A stretch of DNA of 33,203 bases, taken from positions 1 to 33,203 of the forward strand of contig DAOWJS010000103.1 of NCBI GenBank assembly GCA_030640255.1, in the 5' to 3' direction. Shown one piece after another: positions 29,209 through 33,203 of this stretch. Position 1 is the stretch's first letter. The number at the start of each line of letters is the position of its first letter. The notes beneath the pieces are model-generated. The model was not told where the DNA came from. It did no database searches and saw nothing but the letters and a program-made list of their open reading frames with translations. The position numbers and the translations under genes were made by a program. The stretch comes from Dehalococcoidales bacterium. Its GTDB lineage: Bacteria > Chloroflexota > Dehalococcoidia > Dehalococcoidales > GCA-2688105.

Positions 29209-30210
29209 ATGGGAGACGGAACAGAACAAAATCCCTTTACCCGCGAAGATGTGCTCAAAGCCATAGAAGAAAATGGCGGAACAGCCGAAGGTCTTGACCT
29301 GTCTGGGGCAGTATTTGAGCAAGGGATTGACCTGCACGGTCTCGACCTTAAAGGGATTATTCTTAATGGAGTGGATTTGCCGAGCGCTCAGCTCCTTCAT
29401 GCTGACCTTCAGTATGCTAAATTTAACCCGCATAATTCCAAGCCTGCAAATCTTGAAGGCGCTGACCTGCGAGGTGCACATTTGGAATATGCCGAACTCA
29501 AGGGTGCTGAGCTTTGCGAAGCAATCTTTGGGTTATCAGGAGAGTTATCGCATATGAAAGCACACCTCGACAATACTGACCTTCGGGGTGCCAAGCTGTT
29601 TCGTGCTGATTTTAATGGTGTGTTTTTCTACGATACAAAACTTGAGGGCACTTTCATTCGTGGTGCTGATATTACCGAAGCTCATTTAGGTGACGCTGAT
29701 TGGGGTAACTATAAAATCGGAGAGGAGATAAAATATAAAGACTACTACAGTGCGGAACACCGATACAGGCAACTAAAGATATGGTATACCCAATCTGGAT
29801 ATTATGACATAGCGGGAGAGTTTTTCTTCAGGGAGATGGAAGCCAAAAGAAAGGGCGTAAAGTGGTGGCCACAACCTTGGCATAGGACATGGTCTGCGTT
29901 TCATTCTTTTGTTTCTGGCTATGGAGAAAGACCGCTAAGAGTTGTAAGATGGGGAGCGCTAGTTCTATTTGTGTCAGCTTTGCTGTACTTCTTTCTTCGT
30001 GGTGTAGCTCCATATAACCTGTCTTTGCAGGCTTTCCTAGGTAGCCTGTACTATAGCGCAGTGTCCTTCACCGCACTAGGATATGGTCCCTGGTTCACCG
30101 GCGCCTCGGTGCGCAGTTGGGTACAGGGTGCTGGATCAGCAGAAGCTTTCATCGGGGTTTTTACAATAGCGCTATTCTTGGTAACTTTTACCAGAAAAAT
30201 GAGAAGATAA
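29209..30210 (+). CDS. Pentapeptide-repeat protein fused to a two-TM K+-channel-like (Ion_trans_2) pore domain
   Basis: A(D/N)Lxx pentapeptide repeats (ANLEG ADLRG AHLEY AELKG AELCE), GYGERP motif, pore helix YYSAVSFTALGYG flanked by TM helices. Confidence 0.85.
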   Translation: MGDGTEQNPFTREDVLKAIEENGGTAEGLDLSGAVFEQGIDLHGLDLKGIILNGVDLPSAQLLHADLQYAKFNPHNSKPANLEGADLRGAHLEYAELKGAELCEAIFGLSGELSHMKAHLDNTDLRGAKLFRADFNGVFFYDTKLEGTFIRGADITEAHLGDADWGNYKIGEEIKYKDYYSAEHRYRQLKIWYTQSGYYDIAGEFFFREMEAKRKGVKWWPQPWHRTWSAFHSFVSGYGERPLRVVRWGALVLFVSALLYFFLRGVAPYNLSLQAFLGSLYYSAVSFTALGYGPWFTGASVRSWVQGAGSAEAFIGVFTIALFLVTFTRKMRR

Positions 30211-30320
30211 GGGGAAGCTTGAAGGGGCTTCGCCCCTTCATTAACCACCCTCCCCCTCCCTTACAAGGGAGGGGGATAAAGGGGGTAGGTTGCTAACAAA
30301 TTTATAAAGGGGGTGAGGTA
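30209..30320. repeat. GC-rich palindromic repeat, copy 4
   Basis: GGAAGCTTGAAGGGGCTTCGCCCCTTCA; TCCCCCTCCCTT-AC-AAGGGAGGGGGA; ends GGGGGTGAGGTAG. Confidence 0.88.
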
Positions 30321-30388
30321 GAAAGAATCTAAACTACTAGAATGAACCGGTTCAACATGGTTTAATACTTTGAGTTCTCGTATTGCCT
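30308..30388 (+). repeat. 81-bp duplicated upstream (promoter-like) module, copy A
   Basis: 67/81 ungapped identity by manual alignment to 31129-31209; contains extended -10-like TGGTTTAAT. Confidence 0.85.
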
Positions 30389-30439
30389 AAAGAAGCGGGT
30401 GGTAAACAATTATCAACTATTTAAGGAGGTTATGAGCTA

Positions 30440-30940
30440 ATGAAAAAAGCTATCGTGGTCGGGCTGGCATTAATTCTGATGCTTTCGTTTGTAATTTCAT
30501 GCGGGATACCTCAGGAAGAATATGACAAGGTAAGCAGTGACCTTGCCGCCGCTCAGACGCAGATTCAATCGCTGCAAGATGACTTGACCGCAGCTCAGGC
30601 ACAAGTTCAATCGCTGCAAGGTGATTTGGCTGAAGCCCAGGCACAAATTCAGCCCCTGCAAGACGACAAAGAGGCTGCCGAGGAAAAGCGTGCCCAAGCA
30701 TTGGCTTATGCCGAGTATTTGGATATACTTCTGTATTCACTTTTTGAGGAAGCTGGGCTTACTCCCCGCTTCGCATTTGAAGATGAAATTGATTGGATGA
30801 TAGAGCTAAAAACTAGAGCCGACGACATAGGAGATGCCGAGCTAAGTAATTACCTTAAGGAACTAGAGCAACGCAGTGAAGCAGCAATGGAGCGGATGTG
30901 GCAGTATTGCTTGGATAGAATAGAGAAAGCCCTAAAGTGA
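30440..30940 (+). CDS. Hypothetical lipoprotein with coiled-coil 14-aa tandem repeats
   Basis: SD AAGGAGG; signal peptide ending VISC; three 42-bp units at 30539-30664 (DLxxAQxQ[IV]QxLQ[DG]). Confidence 0.8.
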   Translation: MKKAIVVGLALILMLSFVISCGIPQEEYDKVSSDLAAAQTQIQSLQDDLTAAQAQVQSLQGDLAEAQAQIQPLQDDKEAAEEKRAQALAYAEYLDILLYSLFEEAGLTPRFAFEDEIDWMIELKTRADDIGDAELSNYLKELEQRSEAAMERMWQYCLDRIEKALK

Positions 30941-30953
30941 ACGGATTCTCATT

Positions 30954-31142
30954 GAGTTTTGCCTCTCTCTAGAATCTCTTCCTAATAGGGGTTTAAGGGG
31001 CGGAGCCCCTCTTGTAAAACCCTAAATCCTAAACCCTAAATCCTAAACCCTAGGGATTTGAATTTTGAGCTTGTTTAGTCCTTCACCTGTGAAGGATTAG
31101 AAATTAGAATTTGTGATTTCACCAAAAGAGGGGGTGAGCTAG
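30954..31142. repeat. Composite repeat, copy 5, with AT-rich heptamer module and a mini-palindrome insertion
   Basis: 30959-31010 closely matches 28037-28088 (…TCTCTCTA[A/G]AATCTCTTCC[C/T]AATAGGGGTTTAAGGGGCGGAGCCCCT); then the (AAA[T/C]CCT)n module, then AGGGGGTGAG. Confidence 0.85.
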
Positions 31143-31209
31143 AAAGAATCCAAACTACTAGAATAAACTTGCTCACTATGGTTTAATACCTCAAGTTGTC
31201 CTACTGCCT
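31129..31209 (+). repeat. 81-bp duplicated upstream module, copy B
   Basis: Ungapped match to 30308-30388. Confidence 0.85.
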
Positions 31210-31234
31210 GTAATTTAAAAAGAAGGAGAACAAA

Positions 31235-31573
31235 ATGGAGAGAACATGGAAACCGACCACTGCCGGCATCTTGACCATAGTTGCCGGGGTTTTCAATTTG
31301 ATTGCGGGTATAACTCTTGCCTGTGTAGGCACAGATTGCTTAGGTCCACTTACCGGCTTTACAGTTGCCGGGGTTATGTGGTTCGGGGTAATTGGTACGC
31401 CATTAATTATTATCGGGATAGTCGCCATAGTAGGTGGTATCTTTGCTTTGAGGAGAAGAGTCTGGGGGCTGGCGCTGGCTGGAGCCATTTGCGCCCTCTT
31501 CCCACCGCCTATTATCGCCTTGGGGCTATTGTCTATTATATTCCTAGCCCTATCAAAAGAGGAGTTTGCCTAG
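31235..31573 (+). CDS. Small hypothetical membrane protein (about 3 TM)
   Basis: SD AAGGAG; Gly-rich hydrophobic helices (KPTTAGILTIVAG, IVAIVGGIFALRRRVWGLALAGAI). Confidence 0.8.
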   Translation: MERTWKPTTAGILTIVAGVFNLIAGITLACVGTDCLGPLTGFTVAGVMWFGVIGTPLIIIGIVAIVGGIFALRRRVWGLALAGAICALFPPPIIALGLLSIIFLALSKEEFA

Positions 31574-31596
31574 AGTCAATTAGCGGTAAATGAAAA

Positions 31597-33203
31597 GTGC
31601 GGATATCAAAGCTATTTGGTAAGACACAGAGAGAGGTGCCGGCTGAGGCAGAGACAGCCAGCCACCAGCTACTGCTAAGAGCCGGAATGATACATCAGGT
31701 AGCCGCCGGGGTATATTCCTATTTGCCCTTAGCCTGGAGGGTGCTCAAGAAAATAGAGAATATAATCCGTGACGAGATGGATAAAGCCGGCGGGCAGGAG
31801 CTACTGCTCCCCGTTCTCCAGCCTCTAGAGTTGTGGCAGGAAACCGGACGAGACCTCGCCTTTGGCAAAAGCCTGTTTATCCTCTCTGACCGTAGAGACC
31901 GCAAGCTAGCCCTGGGACCAACCCATGAGGAGGTCATCACCCGACTGGTTAGCCACAATGCTAAGAGCTACCGTGACCTGCCCCTACTACTGTATCAGAT
32001 TCAGACCAAGTTTCGTGATGAGCCTCGCCCCAGAGGCGGACTGATACGAGTTCGCGAGTTCACCATGAAAGACCTCTATAGCTTTGATACTGATGAAGAG
32101 GGATTAAGCCAGAGCTACGACAAGATGCTCAAGGCATACCAGAATGTCTACACTCGCTGTGGTCTGCCTACCTTACTCGTTGAAGCCGATAGTGGCGCTA
32201 TCGGCGGCAAGGATTCCCACGAGTTTATGGTTATCACCGAAACTGGTGAGGACGAAATTATCTATTGCCCCGGTTGCCAGTATGCGGCTAATGCTGATAA
32301 GGCTCAGAGCATCAAGGATAAGTTAGCCGACGAGACGCTGTTACCCCTGGAAGAGGTTAACACCCCGGGTATGACCACAATTGAACAGGTATCACGTTTC
32401 CTGGGAGTACCGCAAAGCCACACCCTTAAAGCGGTATTCTATACCGCCGACGGTGAGCTAACCTTCGTGATTATCAGGGGCGACCTTGAGGTAAACGAGG
32501 TAAAGCTGAAAAACACCCTGCACTGTGTCGAGCTCCGCCTGGCTACTGAAGCCAAGGTGATAGAAAGTGGAATAGTCGCCGGCTCAGCCTCTCCTATAGG
32601 GAGCAGTGGTATCAAGATTATTGCTGACGACTCCATAACCTCAGGGGCAAACTTTGTTGCTGGCGCCAATAAACCAGATACCCACTTTAGAAATGTCAAC
32701 TACCCAAGGGATTTTAAGGTTGACCTGGTAATTGATATTGCTCGAGCTCGTGCCGGAGATAAATGCCCTAGATGTGGAGGTAAACTATCATCGGCGCACG
32801 GCATTGAGGTCGGGCACGTCTTCAAACTGGGCACCTTCCTCAGTGAAAAATTGGGTGCCTTCTTCACTAACGACGAGGGCATATCCCATCCGATTGTTAT
32901 GGGGTGCTATGGCATAGGTCTGGGCAGATTGTTAGCTGCTGTCATAGAACAGAACCATGATGATAAGGGCATTATCTGGCCGCTAACTATTGCTCCCTAT
33001 CATATCTACCTTTGTTCGCTGTATGGGGAAGGCTCTAAGGTTTCAGAAGTTGCTGAAAAACTGTATTCTGAGCTTGAGGCTGAGGGTTTAGAGGTGCTTT
33101 TTGACGACCGCCAAGAGTCCCCCGGGGTAAAATTCAACGATGCCGACCTTCTGGGGATACCTATCCGGGTTACCATTAGTCCTCGCACCCTTAAAAGTAA
33201 CAG
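31597..33203 (+). CDS. proS: Prolyl-tRNA synthetase (bacterial type with editing domain), 3'-partial
   Basis: Missing from the ORF track because it runs off the window. From GTG 31597: MRISKLFGKTQREVPAEAETASHQLLLRAGMI...LGPTHEEVIT...YQIQTKFRDEPRPRGGLIRVREFTMKDLYSF...GIEVGHVFKLG...MGCYGIG. Confidence 0.97.
   Translation, partial: MRISKLFGKTQREVPAEAETASHQLLLRAGMIHQVAAGVYSYLPLAWRVLKKIENIIRDEMDKAGGQELLLPVLQPLELWQETGRDLAFGKSLFILSDRRDRKLALGPTHEEVITRLVSHNAKSYRDLPLLLYQIQTKFRDEPRPRGGLIRVREFTMKDLYSFDTDEEGLSQSYDKMLKAYQNVYTRCGLPTLLVEADSGAIGGKDSHEFMVITETGEDEIIYCPGCQYAANADKAQSIKDKLADETLLPLEEVNTPGMTTIEQVSRFLGVPQSHTLKAVFYTADGELTFVIIRGDLEVNEVKLKNTLHCVELRLATEAKVIESGIVAGSASPIGSSGIKIIADDSITSGANFVAGANKPDTHFRNVNYPRDFKVDLVIDIARARAGDKCPRCGGKLSSAHGIEVGHVFKLGTFLSEKLGAFFTNDEGISHPIVMGCYGIGLGRLLAAVIEQNHDDKGIIWPLTIAPYHIYLCSLYGEGSKVSEVAEKLYSELEAEGLEVLFDDRQESPGVKFNDADLLGIPIRVTISPRTLKSN

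Noticed and set aside
31574-31596. T-box riboswitch before proS
   Set aside because: The intergenic gap is only about 23 nt and has no T-box motif.
31719-33188. Several short ORFs at the window end
   Set aside because: All are shadows of the partial proS frame starting at 31597.

Overview
Bacterial chromosome segment, most likely from a Dehalococcoidia (Chloroflexota) lineage; this is inferred from gene content and protein style, not from a search. From left to right: (1) a metal-cofactor/redox cluster (FAD pyridine nucleotide-disulfide oxidoreductase, FmdB zinc ribbon, NifB/NifX-like, Mrp/ApbC, IscU/NifU, MobB, a DnaJ stump, radical SAM) that ends in a serine-recombinase relic abutting tRNA-Lys(UUU); (2) a hidden minus-strand scar fusing the N-terminus of a [NiFe]-hydrogenase small subunit to the C-terminus of HypB, apparently left by deletion of a hydrogenase/hyp region; (3) glutamine-dependent nadE, a branched-chain amino-acid ABC transporter, tRNA-Lys(CUU) followed by a tyrosine-integrase relic, htpX and an oligopeptide-type ABC transporter; (4) the housekeeping run rpsB-tsf-pyrH-frr-uppS-cdsA-dxr-rseP-ispG-proS (proS is partial and absent from the ORF track). 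Five intergenic spaces in this run contain a family of composite GC-rich palindromic REP-like repeats. Two of these carry the same AT-rich heptamer-repeat module, and both of those also carry tiny TCCTT...AAGGA palindromic insertions with flanking direct repeats. Between ispG and proS lie three accessory genes separated by these repeats; two of them share an 81-bp duplicated upstream module, which gives a cassette-like architecture.
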